Assembly (NCBI GenBank): GCA_965204435.1
Contig: OZ241997.1
Span: 5,113,132 to 5,177,131, forward strand
Length of the DNA: 64,000 nt
From: Bryobacterales bacterium
GTDB lineage: Bacteria; Acidobacteriota; Terriglobia; Bryobacterales; UBA6623
Direction of reading: 5' to 3'
The position numbers and the translations under genes are program-made. Position 1 is the first letter of the stretch. Each line of letters starts with the position of its first letter. Positions 35,882 to 44,733 of this stretch are shown here, piece by piece. The notes beneath the pieces were generated by a model. The model worked only from the letters and a program-made list of their open reading frames with translations. It ran no database searches and was not told the DNA's origin.

Positions 35882-37483
35882 ATGGGAAAGTGCATCATGG
35901 CCGGAACGAGAGCCGCGGCTGCGGTCACCGTGGCGCTCGCGGCGATGACTGCCTCCGCCGCGCCCAGCTGGCAAGAGTGCGCAACATGCCACGCAGGGGC
36001 GGTTGACCAGTACCGCCTCAGCGGCATGGGCCGCTCGATCTCCAAGCTAGCCGACGGCCATCCGGTTGGCCCGTACGGACACGGGTTCTCCGGCACAGCG
36101 TTTCGCACGAGCGCGTCGTCTGGAAGCCTCGTACAGGAGATCGAAAGGGGCGGACTTCGTGCGAAGTACACGATCGACTATGTGATCGGATCAGGAAACG
36201 CGGCGTTCGGATACTTGGTCCGTGTTGGCGATGCGTTGTTTCAATCTCCAATCACGTACTACACGGAGCGCGATCAATGGGGCATGGCACCGGGCATGGA
36301 GCAGGAGGCGAACCCTGATTTCAACCGGCCGGCGACGTCCGAGTGCTTGTGGTGCCATGCGGGCAGGCCCGCGCATACGCCCGACACGGTGAACCGTTAC
36401 GGGGACCCGGCTCTCGAAGCGGAGGCCATTTCCTGCGATCGCTGCCACGGTTCCCCCGAGGCGCATCTGGCCGATCCCAGCGCGGCCACGATATTCAATC
36501 CGGCCTCTGCCTCCCCGCGCGAGCGGGATAGCGTCTGCGAGCAGTGCCACCTAGGAGGGACCATCCGCGTCCTGCATCCCGGCCGCACTTTCGGATCATT
36601 CCAGCCGGGAGCGCTGCTGGAGGACTTCTGGACGGTGTTCGTGGGAGTACCGCGCACCGAAGGCGGGCAGGATCGGTTTCAGGTTGTCAGCCACGTCGAG
36701 CAGTTGGACCTGAGTCGCTGCGCCGTCGAGTCCGGCGATGCACTTTGGTGCGGCACGTGCCACAACCCCCACGAAATGCCTGCTGAGCCGAAGGCATACT
36801 TCAGCACGCGGTGCCTGCAATGCCACCAAGAAGGGTTGCCCCCGGACCATGCGACGCGTAGCGGAGACTGCATTTCCTGCCACATGCCGAGACGCCAATC
36901 GCACGACAGCGGCCACAGCGCGTTCACAGATCATCGGATCAGTCGTTACCCGTTGCCAGAGGTCGATCCCGATCCGCCCGACGAGCTTCGCCCATGGAAG
37001 CCGACTCCCAGCACCCTGCGCGTCCGAAACTTGGGAATCGCGAATGTTCTCTATGGCCAGCAGCGCGGTTCCGAAGAAATGCTACGGCGAGGCCTTGGGC
37101 AGTTGAGGTCCGTCGCTGGATCGTTCGGGAACGACCCCGCCGTGTTGGACGCCTTGGGAACGGCCATGGTGCTTACCGGGTCTCCGCGCTCAGGCCTGCA
37201 GAGGCTGCGACAGGCTGTCTCCGCCGGACCGGTCGGAGCGCTGCAATTCAATTCGCTAGCGGCAGCGTGGTGGGCATTGGGAGATGCGAACCGAGCCGAA
37301 GCTGCGCTCCAAGAGGCTATCCGGCGGGAGCCGACGCTGGAGTCCAGCTACCGGTTGCTGGCGAGGCTGTACCACGATCTTGGCCAGCAGTCTAAAGTAA
37401 CAGCGACGTGGCGGAAGCTCCTCGAGAAACGACCGAGACTTCTGCAGGCACGGCAAGCGGCGCGCGAGGCCGATTCGCCATAG
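35882..37483 (+). CDS. heptaheme c-type cytochrome fused to TPR domain
   Basis: Seven CxxCH motifs: CATCH, CLWCH, CDRCH, CEQCH, CGTCH, CLQCH, CISCH. It also has a signal peptide. The C-terminal ~150 aa are TPR-like helical repeats (AAWWALGDANRAEAALQEAIRREPTLESSYRLLARLYHDLGQ). Confidence 0.8.
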   Translation: MGKCIMAGTRAAAAVTVALAAMTASAAPSWQECATCHAGAVDQYRLSGMGRSISKLADGHPVGPYGHGFSGTAFRTSASSGSLVQEIERGGLRAKYTIDYVIGSGNAAFGYLVRVGDALFQSPITYYTERDQWGMAPGMEQEANPDFNRPATSECLWCHAGRPAHTPDTVNRYGDPALEAEAISCDRCHGSPEAHLADPSAATIFNPASASPRERDSVCEQCHLGGTIRVLHPGRTFGSFQPGALLEDFWTVFVGVPRTEGGQDRFQVVSHVEQLDLSRCAVESGDALWCGTCHNPHEMPAEPKAYFSTRCLQCHQEGLPPDHATRSGDCISCHMPRRQSHDSGHSAFTDHRISRYPLPEVDPDPPDELRPWKPTPSTLRVRNLGIANVLYGQQRGSEEMLRRGLGQLRSVAGSFGNDPAVLDALGTAMVLTGSPRSGLQRLRQAVSAGPVGALQFNSLAAAWWALGDANRAEAALQEAIRREPTLESSYRLLARLYHDLGQQSKVTATWRKLLEKRPRLLQARQAAREADSP

Positions 37484-37637
37484 CTGCAATGATGATTGGG
37501 GCTCGGAGACTCGGACTGCATGCGCCGAAGCAATGGTCCCGCGAGGGGGCGGAAGTGACTATGTGCGTGTCGCAGTCGCCAGTCATTGACCTGTCGGTAG
37601 GGCCGGAGTCGAGCCCACTGACGTTGGAGAACCCGCA

Positions 37638-38723
37638 ATGATCCAGGACCGCCGCTTGCCACGTCGCAGCGTTCTGCTGGGTCCGCCCGTCGCAAGCTTG
37701 CTGGCAGGAGCTTGCCAGCAGGCGCCGAGTAATGCGGAGGGCGGAAGCGAGTGGTCTCCACGACTGTCCGAGAACATCGGCTCGCTGGACGATGCAACGC
37801 TGCGCTGGATGGCTCAGCTGGGCTTGCAGTGGGTCGTCTTCCAAGGCACGGACTCGGTCGATCGCGACGGCAAGGGCCATTGGTCCGAGCAGGACGTAGC
37901 GGCCGTCCAGGAACGGTGCGCTAGTTTTGGCCTGAACCTGCACTCCCTCATGCTGCCTATCGGTTGGCTGATGAATTCGATGTTGGGACGGCCGGAGCGC
38001 GACCGGGACATCGAGCGCATTCGAACGAGCATCGCAGCCGCCGGAGCCGTCGGCGTCACCGTCGTCGAGTGGCGCTGGTCCCCGGACTTCCGCTGGGGAG
38101 ATGAAGTCGGCTACTACGACAAGCCCGGCCGTGGCGGTGCCACCTACAAGGCGTTCGACTTCAACCGCGTCCGCGAAGCCCCGCCCTTTGAAGAACTCGG
38201 CAGCATTTCCAGGGAAGAGCTCTGGGAACGCATGATCTACTTCACCAACGGCGTGATGGATGCTGCCGAAGCAGCCGGCGTCAAGATGTCGCTGCACCCG
38301 AAGGATCCCCCTGTCAAGGCGATGCGAGGCGTGAGCCGCATCCTGACATCCACCGAGGAGATCGAGGCGTTTCTGGATGCGGTGCCGAGCCCTGCCAACG
38401 GTTTCACCTTCTGTCAGGGAACAGTGACCGAGATGGGCGTGGACGTCATAGACGCCATTCGTCGAATCGGCGGGCGGGGGCGAATTCACCATGTCCACTT
38501 CCGGGCTGTGCGCGGAAGCGTGCCTCGGTACGAGGAAACCTTCATTGACGAGGGAGATGTCGACATGCTCGACGCCATGCGGGCATACAGGGACGTGGGC
38601 TACGATCTGGCGATCGTCTCGGACCACAGTCCGGGTATTCCAGGGGACCTGCCGGGTCGCAAGATTGGCCGCTCGTTCTCTCATGGGTACATCCGGGGAC
38701 TTGTGCAGGCGGTGAACGTATGA
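37638..38723 (+). CDS. mannonate dehydratase (UxuA)-like TIM-barrel protein with Tat-type signal
   Basis: The N-terminus is MIQDRRLPRRSVLLGPPVASLLAGAC. The C-terminal pattern HHVHFRAVRG...ETFIDEGDVDMLDAMRAYRDVGYDLAIVSDHSPG...GYIRGL parallels the UxuA HF.HLR...F.E..H..GDVDM...PDH motif. Confidence 0.65.
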   Translation: MIQDRRLPRRSVLLGPPVASLLAGACQQAPSNAEGGSEWSPRLSENIGSLDDATLRWMAQLGLQWVVFQGTDSVDRDGKGHWSEQDVAAVQERCASFGLNLHSLMLPIGWLMNSMLGRPERDRDIERIRTSIAAAGAVGVTVVEWRWSPDFRWGDEVGYYDKPGRGGATYKAFDFNRVREAPPFEELGSISREELWERMIYFTNGVMDAAEAAGVKMSLHPKDPPVKAMRGVSRILTSTEEIEAFLDAVPSPANGFTFCQGTVTEMGVDVIDAIRRIGGRGRIHHVHFRAVRGSVPRYEETFIDEGDVDMLDAMRAYRDVGYDLAIVSDHSPGIPGDLPGRKIGRSFSHGYIRGLVQAVNV

Positions 38724-39817
38724 CGGCCAGGCGCCGAGAACTACTTCGCGATGGCGCCGCTCTGGCGGTGGCGGCGGCGCTTGCGAGATCTGCGGCCACC
38801 CAAGGCCCGCCGATCAAGGTCGGCAAGGGCTTGCGAGACCTCTCGGACGAGACCCTCGATTTCTTCCAAATGCTGGGCATCCGCCATGTCGTGATGCCGA
38901 CTTCCTACACGCTGACACCGCGCCGGCGAGGCCTCGTGCCCGCAACCGACACCGGCCCTCGCACCGATGCACCCATGAGGCCGTGGGACCCAGAGGAGCT
39001 CAAGCGGATCAAGGCGCGCATCGAGAACAAGGGCCTCGTGCCGATGATGCTCCCTCTCGGCAGAGTGCATCGCGTGGTGCAAGGACGGCCTGACGCCGCG
39101 GCTGAGATCGAAGCTGTCAAGACGAAGATTCGGACTGCAGGAGACTTGGGGATTCCCGTAGTCGAGTACAACTTCATCGCCCTGAGGGGCTCGGAGGGCT
39201 ACGGGCGGACGACCGGGCCCGGGGGGATCGGGCTCCGCGACTATGACGAGGCTCGGACCCGCGACCTGCCCCCCTTGGACAACGTCGGCACCCACTCCAG
39301 AGAGCAGCTTTGGGAACGCTTGGACGGGTTCTTGAGAGCAGTCATCCCCGTTGCCGAAGACTCCGGCGTCCGTCTCGCTATGCACCCAAACGATCCGCCG
39401 ATTCCCGTGTTTCGAGGCGTGGCGCAGCCGATGCGCTCGCTGGCGGACCAGAGGGAACTCATCCAGCTAGTCGACAGCCCCTCGAACGGGATTACCTTGG
39501 ACACCGGTGTCACGACCGAAATGGGCGAGGACGCAGCCGAGGCGATTCGTTACTTCGGATCGCGCGACCGTATCAATCACGTGCACTTCCGCAACGTCCG
39601 CGTGGAGGTGCCGTACTACAAGTACGTCGAAGTGCCTCACGATGCCGGCGATTGCGATATGCTCGCGTGCATGAAGGCGTTCAAAGAAGTCGGGTACCAG
39701 TACCTGGTGATTCCGGACCACACCCCGGAATTCACCGATGACACTATTGGATCCCAGATGGGCTGGGCCTTCGCCATCGGCTATCTCAGAGCTCTCCAAC
39801 ATGCTGCCGAGTCATAG
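38720..39817 (+). CDS. second UxuA-like TIM-barrel protein with Tat-type signal (paralog of preceding gene)
   Basis: The ATG overlaps the upstream stop (ATGA). The N-terminus is MTARRRELLRDGAALAVAAALARSAA. The motif NHVHFRNVRVEVPYYKYVEVPHDAGDCDMLACMKAFKEVGYQYLVIPDHTPE is present. Confidence 0.65.
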   Translation: MTARRRELLRDGAALAVAAALARSAATQGPPIKVGKGLRDLSDETLDFFQMLGIRHVVMPTSYTLTPRRRGLVPATDTGPRTDAPMRPWDPEELKRIKARIENKGLVPMMLPLGRVHRVVQGRPDAAAEIEAVKTKIRTAGDLGIPVVEYNFIALRGSEGYGRTTGPGGIGLRDYDEARTRDLPPLDNVGTHSREQLWERLDGFLRAVIPVAEDSGVRLAMHPNDPPIPVFRGVAQPMRSLADQRELIQLVDSPSNGITLDTGVTTEMGEDAAEAIRYFGSRDRINHVHFRNVRVEVPYYKYVEVPHDAGDCDMLACMKAFKEVGYQYLVIPDHTPEFTDDTIGSQMGWAFAIGYLRALQHAAES

Positions 39818-39893
39818 TCGCGGTCCCTGTCCGGATGCCCGCACCCGGAGATTCGCAGATCGCGTAGTGTCACGAGTCTACAAGTCAGGGCGC

Positions 39894-41408
39894 ATGGAGG
39901 ATTTGATGGCAGCAACGCTTCGGGTCGCAGTCGGGGCGGCGCTAGCCGCGACTCTTCTCGCGGACGTCGTCGAACAGGGCCCGCGAGATTCAGCGCCATC
40001 GGGCTTGCTAGCGGGAGTGGCCCGCGGGGACATCACTCCGCCGGTCGGCATCGCGCAAATGAACTGGGGCTCCCAAACGCACGTGCGGGCCGAAGGTATC
40101 GACCCGGCCGGCATGCAGGCCACGGCGCTGGTCTTGTCGGATGGCAACCAGAAATTCGCAATGGTCGACGTCGATCGAATCTCGATCGCTGGGCTTGAGG
40201 CCGCGATCGCGGTAGCCGCGAAACGGACCGGAATTTCTGAGGCTCACATCCGCATCGGCGCAAGCCACACTCACGCCGGCGTGATGGTCAGTCCCGCCAA
40301 GGGCCCGCCGGGCCTCGATCTGACTCCGCTGGTCGACGTGGCCGAAAGGTACCGCTTGTCTGTCATTGACAAGGTCGCGGGACTGATCGCCGAGGCGAAT
40401 GGCCGCCTCGAGGCTGCACACTTGCATGGCGGCCGTGGGGAAGGAACGATCAACATCAACCGACGGGTTCGCGCTGATGGCGATAGCCCTCCCGCGGTGG
40501 GCCGCAATCCAGGCGGCTTCGTGGACCGTGAACTGGTAGTGTTCCGGATCGATGACGCTCAGGGACAAGCGATGGCTATCTTGGCCAACTTCCAGTGCCA
40601 CGGCACGGTCCTCGCGTACGAAAACCGAGTCATCTCCCCGGACTGGATCGGGATGACGCGCGCCACGGTCGAGCAGGCGTTCCCGGGGGCATTGGCTCTT
40701 TTCTTCCAAGGAGCGGCCGGCGATCAGGGGCCGATCGAGGGATTTTCCGGGGACGTCGGGGTTGCACACCGCCTCGGCCGCACTCTGGGCCACCAGATTG
40801 CGGCGATCGCAATGCAGATTGAGACGGTGCTCAGGGTGCCGACGTTCGAGGGATTCGTCGAGTCCACCGCCTTCCAGGCCAAGCAGCACTGGCGGGTCCG
40901 GGGCCCGCGGGAGGCCACCTTGCGGTTCGCCTCGCGAATCGTCGACGTGCCCCGGCGGACCTACTCCGAGGACGAAGTCGCCAGTATGCGATCGAGGCTG
41001 GAAAGGGCGAAGCAACAGCTCGGGCAACTGCCCGAAAGCGCGACTGCTCTGGAGAAACACCAGGCCGCCGCTCGGGTCCGCCGCTTTGCCGACTTGCTGG
41101 CACAGTGGACACAGCCGGTCGACCCTTCCCCGCTGCAGATCGAGGTTCAGGCCCTTCGGGTCGGAGAACTCGCCCTCGTTGCCATGCCCGGAGAGCCGTT
41201 CGCTGAGATCGGCGTGGCGGTCAAGCGGGCATCGCCCTTCGAATTCACGATGTTCTGTGGCTACTCGGACGGCGTGGGAGGCGATTACGTGCCAACTGCC
41301 GACGAGTATCAACACGGGGGCTACGAAGTCGAGCGGTCACCGTACAACCCGGGCGCGGCAGAGAAAGTGATCGAGGCGGCCTCGGAGCTGCTAGCGAGCC
41401 TTCGTTGA
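39894..41408 (+). CDS. neutral/alkaline ceramidase-like hydrolase, secreted
   Basis: Start set at MEDLMAATLRVAVGAALAATLLA (signal). GDITPPVGIAQMNWG...ALVLSDGNQKFAMVDVD and GASHTHAG resemble the ceramidase N-terminal domain. Confidence 0.5.
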   Translation: MEDLMAATLRVAVGAALAATLLADVVEQGPRDSAPSGLLAGVARGDITPPVGIAQMNWGSQTHVRAEGIDPAGMQATALVLSDGNQKFAMVDVDRISIAGLEAAIAVAAKRTGISEAHIRIGASHTHAGVMVSPAKGPPGLDLTPLVDVAERYRLSVIDKVAGLIAEANGRLEAAHLHGGRGEGTININRRVRADGDSPPAVGRNPGGFVDRELVVFRIDDAQGQAMAILANFQCHGTVLAYENRVISPDWIGMTRATVEQAFPGALALFFQGAAGDQGPIEGFSGDVGVAHRLGRTLGHQIAAIAMQIETVLRVPTFEGFVESTAFQAKQHWRVRGPREATLRFASRIVDVPRRTYSEDEVASMRSRLERAKQQLGQLPESATALEKHQAAARVRRFADLLAQWTQPVDPSPLQIEVQALRVGELALVAMPGEPFAEIGVAVKRASPFEFTMFCGYSDGVGGDYVPTADEYQHGGYEVERSPYNPGAAEKVIEAASELLASLR

Positions 41409-41581
41409 CGGCCAGCGCTGCCCCGTGCCGGGCGCGGGGCGATTCGATCTACATTGCCTAGGTGGTGTCCAATATGAAGGACGGCGGCGCTAGGCGATCG
41501 CCGCGTGGCGTCCCTCGGGTGTAAGCTGGTCCAGAGGGCATCTGAGCTTGTGCTGGTGATGGCTCGGCCGGTCAGAAGAGA

Positions 41582-42340
41582 ATGGCCCCAGCCGTCCAAC
41601 CTCGGAATATACGGGCGAGACGCAGCAGTCCTCGTCGTCGCCGGGTTAATAGGCTAGATTCAGTGGGTCATTCCGTTCGCAGTCACCTCGGGATTGAAAT
41701 CCGGGCATACGACCAGACGATTCGTCGTTTCATTCCCGGATACGAAGCGATGCTCGAGGCGGCCTCGCGCGAACTAGTCGGAAATGCGCCCGAGCTAGTG
41801 CTTGACCTCGGGGCCGGAACGGGAGCCTTGGCCGAGGCCGTCCTCTTGGCAGATGATGCTGTCACCGTAGAGCTCATCGACATCGACCCCGAGATGCTGG
41901 CTCAATCGCAAGCGCGACTGGCCCGCTTCGCGGCGCGAGCGCGTTTCTCCGGGATTTCGTTCCTTGGGCCGCTACCTTCGTGCGATGGAGCGTCAGCTTC
42001 ACTGTCTCTCCATCACATACGAACCCTAGACGCCAAGCGAAGCCTGTATCGCAGGATTCATGAAGCGCTTAGACCGGGTGGCACGTTCGTCAACGCTGAT
42101 GCGGTCGTGCCTGCAGAACCCTCAGCACGAGAAGAGGTGCTGCGGCAGTGGGTCGAGCACATGGTGAGCTGCGGAATCGGAGAGAGCGAGGGCTACGAAC
42201 ATCTTGAGCAGTGGGCGGACGAGGACACCTACTTCCCATTGGAGGACGAACTGGATGCTGTCGAGGCGGCGGGTTTCGTCGCGGATTGCGTCTGGCAGCA
42301 GGGGCCGATTGCTGTGGTCGTCGGTCGAAAGGCCGCGTGA
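41582..42340 (+). CDS. class I SAM-dependent methyltransferase
   Basis: Motif I is VLDLGAGTGALAE. The N-terminal YDQTIRRFIPGYEAM is typical of the CmoA-like/MTase_12 group. The start codon is uncertain. Confidence 0.65.
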   Translation: MAPAVQPRNIRARRSSPRRRRVNRLDSVGHSVRSHLGIEIRAYDQTIRRFIPGYEAMLEAASRELVGNAPELVLDLGAGTGALAEAVLLADDAVTVELIDIDPEMLAQSQARLARFAARARFSGISFLGPLPSCDGASASLSLHHIRTLDAKRSLYRRIHEALRPGGTFVNADAVVPAEPSAREEVLRQWVEHMVSCGIGESEGYEHLEQWADEDTYFPLEDELDAVEAAGFVADCVWQQGPIAVVVGRKAA

Positions 42341-42548
42341 ATGGTCAGCGATCGAGAGCGATTCCGTAGGCTGTCGCAATCGTAGCGGCAGTTATGGCCA
42401 CCCGAACTTGTAGCTCAGACTGCGCGTGCCTTCTCTAGTGTTCGATCACCCCAAGCCAATGTGGTGCAAGCGCATAGCACCAAGCCCATGAGCCACTTCA
42501 GGCGCGAAGTCTAGGGCCATCAATCTGGCGAGAACGAAGCCCGTTCGT

Positions 42549-44465
42549 TCAGGGCGTTACTTGCGCCGCCGGGCTGGCCTGCGGCTCTTCGACGGCGATA
42601 AGCGTTGTGTTCGAATCGACTCCGGCGACTTGGATGACGAGCGGGACAGCGCTCCCGGCCGGGGCATTCTCCGACAACTCCACGTTGACTTGGTATAGGC
42701 CGGCGAAGAATGGTACGAGGCCGGAGGAAACCACTGTCATCGGCTGGCCGCCGACCGTCACACTGACTGTCTCGACCGTGGCAGAGATGGGGTCCGCCGG
42801 GGCTGCCGCCCCCGTGCCGGGCGGATTCGTCACCGGTCCCAGACCCGTTGCAAAGATCAGTAGGGTCTCGCCGGACCGGGCTGGCCGGGCCCACGGGATC
42901 ACTCCCGCGGGTCCAGCTACCAGCCCTCCGCTGGAAGCGATCAGCGCCGCAGCTTGACCAACGCTGTTCAGCGTAAAAACGCCCGGGCTGACGCGAGCGA
43001 GGGGCACCGTAACGGCGGGGCTGGTCATGTCTTCGACGGTGACCGTGAGCGCCGCTTCAGCGAGCCCAGCCAGCTCCCAAGGCACTTGGAAATTCCGTTG
43101 TCCGGGCGCGGCGAAGATCTGCGGTGCCGCAGTCGCATCGTTGAAGGTCATCGACCCGCCGCCGAGGTTGTGAGGCAGAGGTCGGCCCTCGGCAGCCGCC
43201 GTGGCGGTCGCAAGCCCCACTCCGAATGCCGTCGCCAGGCTGCCGGGGGCCAGTCCCGAACCGATTTGAAGCGTGGCTGAGTTCACCACTCCGCCCTCGG
43301 AAATCTGCGGCAACGGCCGGGGCGCGTCGATGCGATAGACGACGCCTGAGTCGGCGAAGTAGATCTCGCCCGACTCGTCCTCGCCAAATGTCCGGATCGT
43401 GATTCCAGTCTCCCGAGGTCCAAGCTGCTCCCAGGCACTGTCTTCCTGATACGCCGCGAATAACTCCCCCGTGCAATAGTCAGCGAAAAAATAGGTGCCG
43501 GACAGTTGGGGGTGCCTCGTTCCGCGGTAGCGATAGCCGCCGGTGACCGAGCCCCCGCAATTGCCGCCGGAGTTGGCGTATTCCAGAATCGGCAGGACAA
43601 GCGATCCCGCGGTATTGCAGTTCGTGCGCGGGTTGTAGCAACGCGAGCCCTCCATCAGCCGCCAGCCGTAGTTCTCGCCACCGGGGCTGCCGGCTGGCTG
43701 GAACGAGATCTCTTCGACGGCATTCTGGCCCACGTCTCCGATGAACATGTCGCCGGTGAGACGGTCAAAGCTAAACCGCCACGGATTCCGCAATCCATAC
43801 GCCCATATCTCCGGACGAGCGTTTGGCGTGTTCACGAACGGGTTCGACTCGGGTGCCAGCGCAGTGGATCCTTGGTCGATGTCAACTCGCAGCATCTTTC
43901 CCATCACACTGCTCAAGTCCTGAGCCAAATTGGGCGGGTCTCCTGCACCGCCGCCATCGCCCATGCCGATGTATAGGTAGCCATCAGGCCCGAACTGGAT
44001 TTGGCCGCCATTGTGGTTCCGCCGGGGCTGCGCAGCTTGAAAGAGAATCGCTTCCGATTCCGGGTCGGCCAGATTCGAATCGGAACTGATCTGGAAGCGC
44101 GAGACAACCGTGCCCCCGCCCAGATCGGTGTAGTTGACGAAGAAGTAGCCATTGGCGGCGTACTCTGGATGGAATGCCAGGCTGAGGAGCCCTCGCTCGC
44201 CGCCGGCGCGGACACGGTCTCGAATATCCAAGAACGGGGAGCTCAGCAGGCTCTCTCCATCGTGGACCAAGACCCGGCCGACCTGCTCGGTGACGAACAG
44301 CCGGCCCGTGCCGTCACCCGCATGCGTGATCGAGGTTGCGCCTGAAACGCCGCGGAAGACCTCTGCGAAGGTCAGCTCGTCCAAGTCGATCTGGGCGACC
44401 GCTGGAGGAGCTAGGACAAGCGCCAAGGCCGCGGAGGCGACGAGTCTCCTAATCGAATAAAGCAA
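42549..44465 (-). CDS. PQQ-dependent sugar (glucose/sorbosone) dehydrogenase-like beta-propeller with TIGR03437-like C-terminal domains
   Basis: Signal peptide. HNGGQIQFGPDGYLYIGMGDGGGAGDP and GLRNPWRFSFD motifs are present. The C-terminal ~250 aa carry the AFGxGL...PLP..LGG..V....A.AP..FA.PGQ.NFQVP / AGLYQVNV pattern of the Solibacter-type domain. Confidence 0.75.
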   Translation of the reverse strand: MLYSIRRLVASAALALVLAPPAVAQIDLDELTFAEVFRGVSGATSITHAGDGTGRLFVTEQVGRVLVHDGESLLSSPFLDIRDRVRAGGERGLLSLAFHPEYAANGYFFVNYTDLGGGTVVSRFQISSDSNLADPESEAILFQAAQPRRNHNGGQIQFGPDGYLYIGMGDGGGAGDPPNLAQDLSSVMGKMLRVDIDQGSTALAPESNPFVNTPNARPEIWAYGLRNPWRFSFDRLTGDMFIGDVGQNAVEEISFQPAGSPGGENYGWRLMEGSRCYNPRTNCNTAGSLVLPILEYANSGGNCGGSVTGGYRYRGTRHPQLSGTYFFADYCTGELFAAYQEDSAWEQLGPRETGITIRTFGEDESGEIYFADSGVVYRIDAPRPLPQISEGGVVNSATLQIGSGLAPGSLATAFGVGLATATAAAEGRPLPHNLGGGSMTFNDATAAPQIFAAPGQRNFQVPWELAGLAEAALTVTVEDMTSPAVTVPLARVSPGVFTLNSVGQAAALIASSGGLVAGPAGVIPWARPARSGETLLIFATGLGPVTNPPGTGAAAPADPISATVETVSVTVGGQPMTVVSSGLVPFFAGLYQVNVELSENAPAGSAVPLVIQVAGVDSNTTLIAVEEPQASPAAQVTP

Positions 44466-44733
44466 TTTCCCCGAACCTGTTGCGACCAGTCCGAATTATA
44501 GGGGTTGGTGCCGTCTACCGGATTCGGCGGCAGTGCCTCGACACGTCCTCGGTCGGCGCTCGGACAATCTCCGACTGAAGGGCTAGCCCAACTCGGATTC
44601 CAACCGTGTGGGTCAGCTCGCGGTGTTCAATTATCGATTTGGCCGGAGACTCGGACGCGCAAACCGCCTCGCCGCCAAGCTCGCGACCTACCCGCGCCTG
44701 CTTGTCGCGTGCCAGGTGAACGCGGGCTCCTAC

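Noticed and set aside
37392-41315. 430-aa (37392-38684) and 435-aa (40008-41315) ORFs on the - strand
   Set aside because: They are antisense to the UxuA-like and ceramidase-like genes. No motifs, and Arg/Gly/Pro-rich. Shadow ORFs.
42409-42450. tagctcaga ... gttcgatcacc: D-loop-like and T-loop-like strings in the gap after the methyltransferase gene
   Set aside because: The spacing is ~30 nt rather than ~46 nt. There is no GAGC to close a D-stem, no complementary T-stem and no acceptor pairing. Not a tRNA; at most a very degraded fragment.
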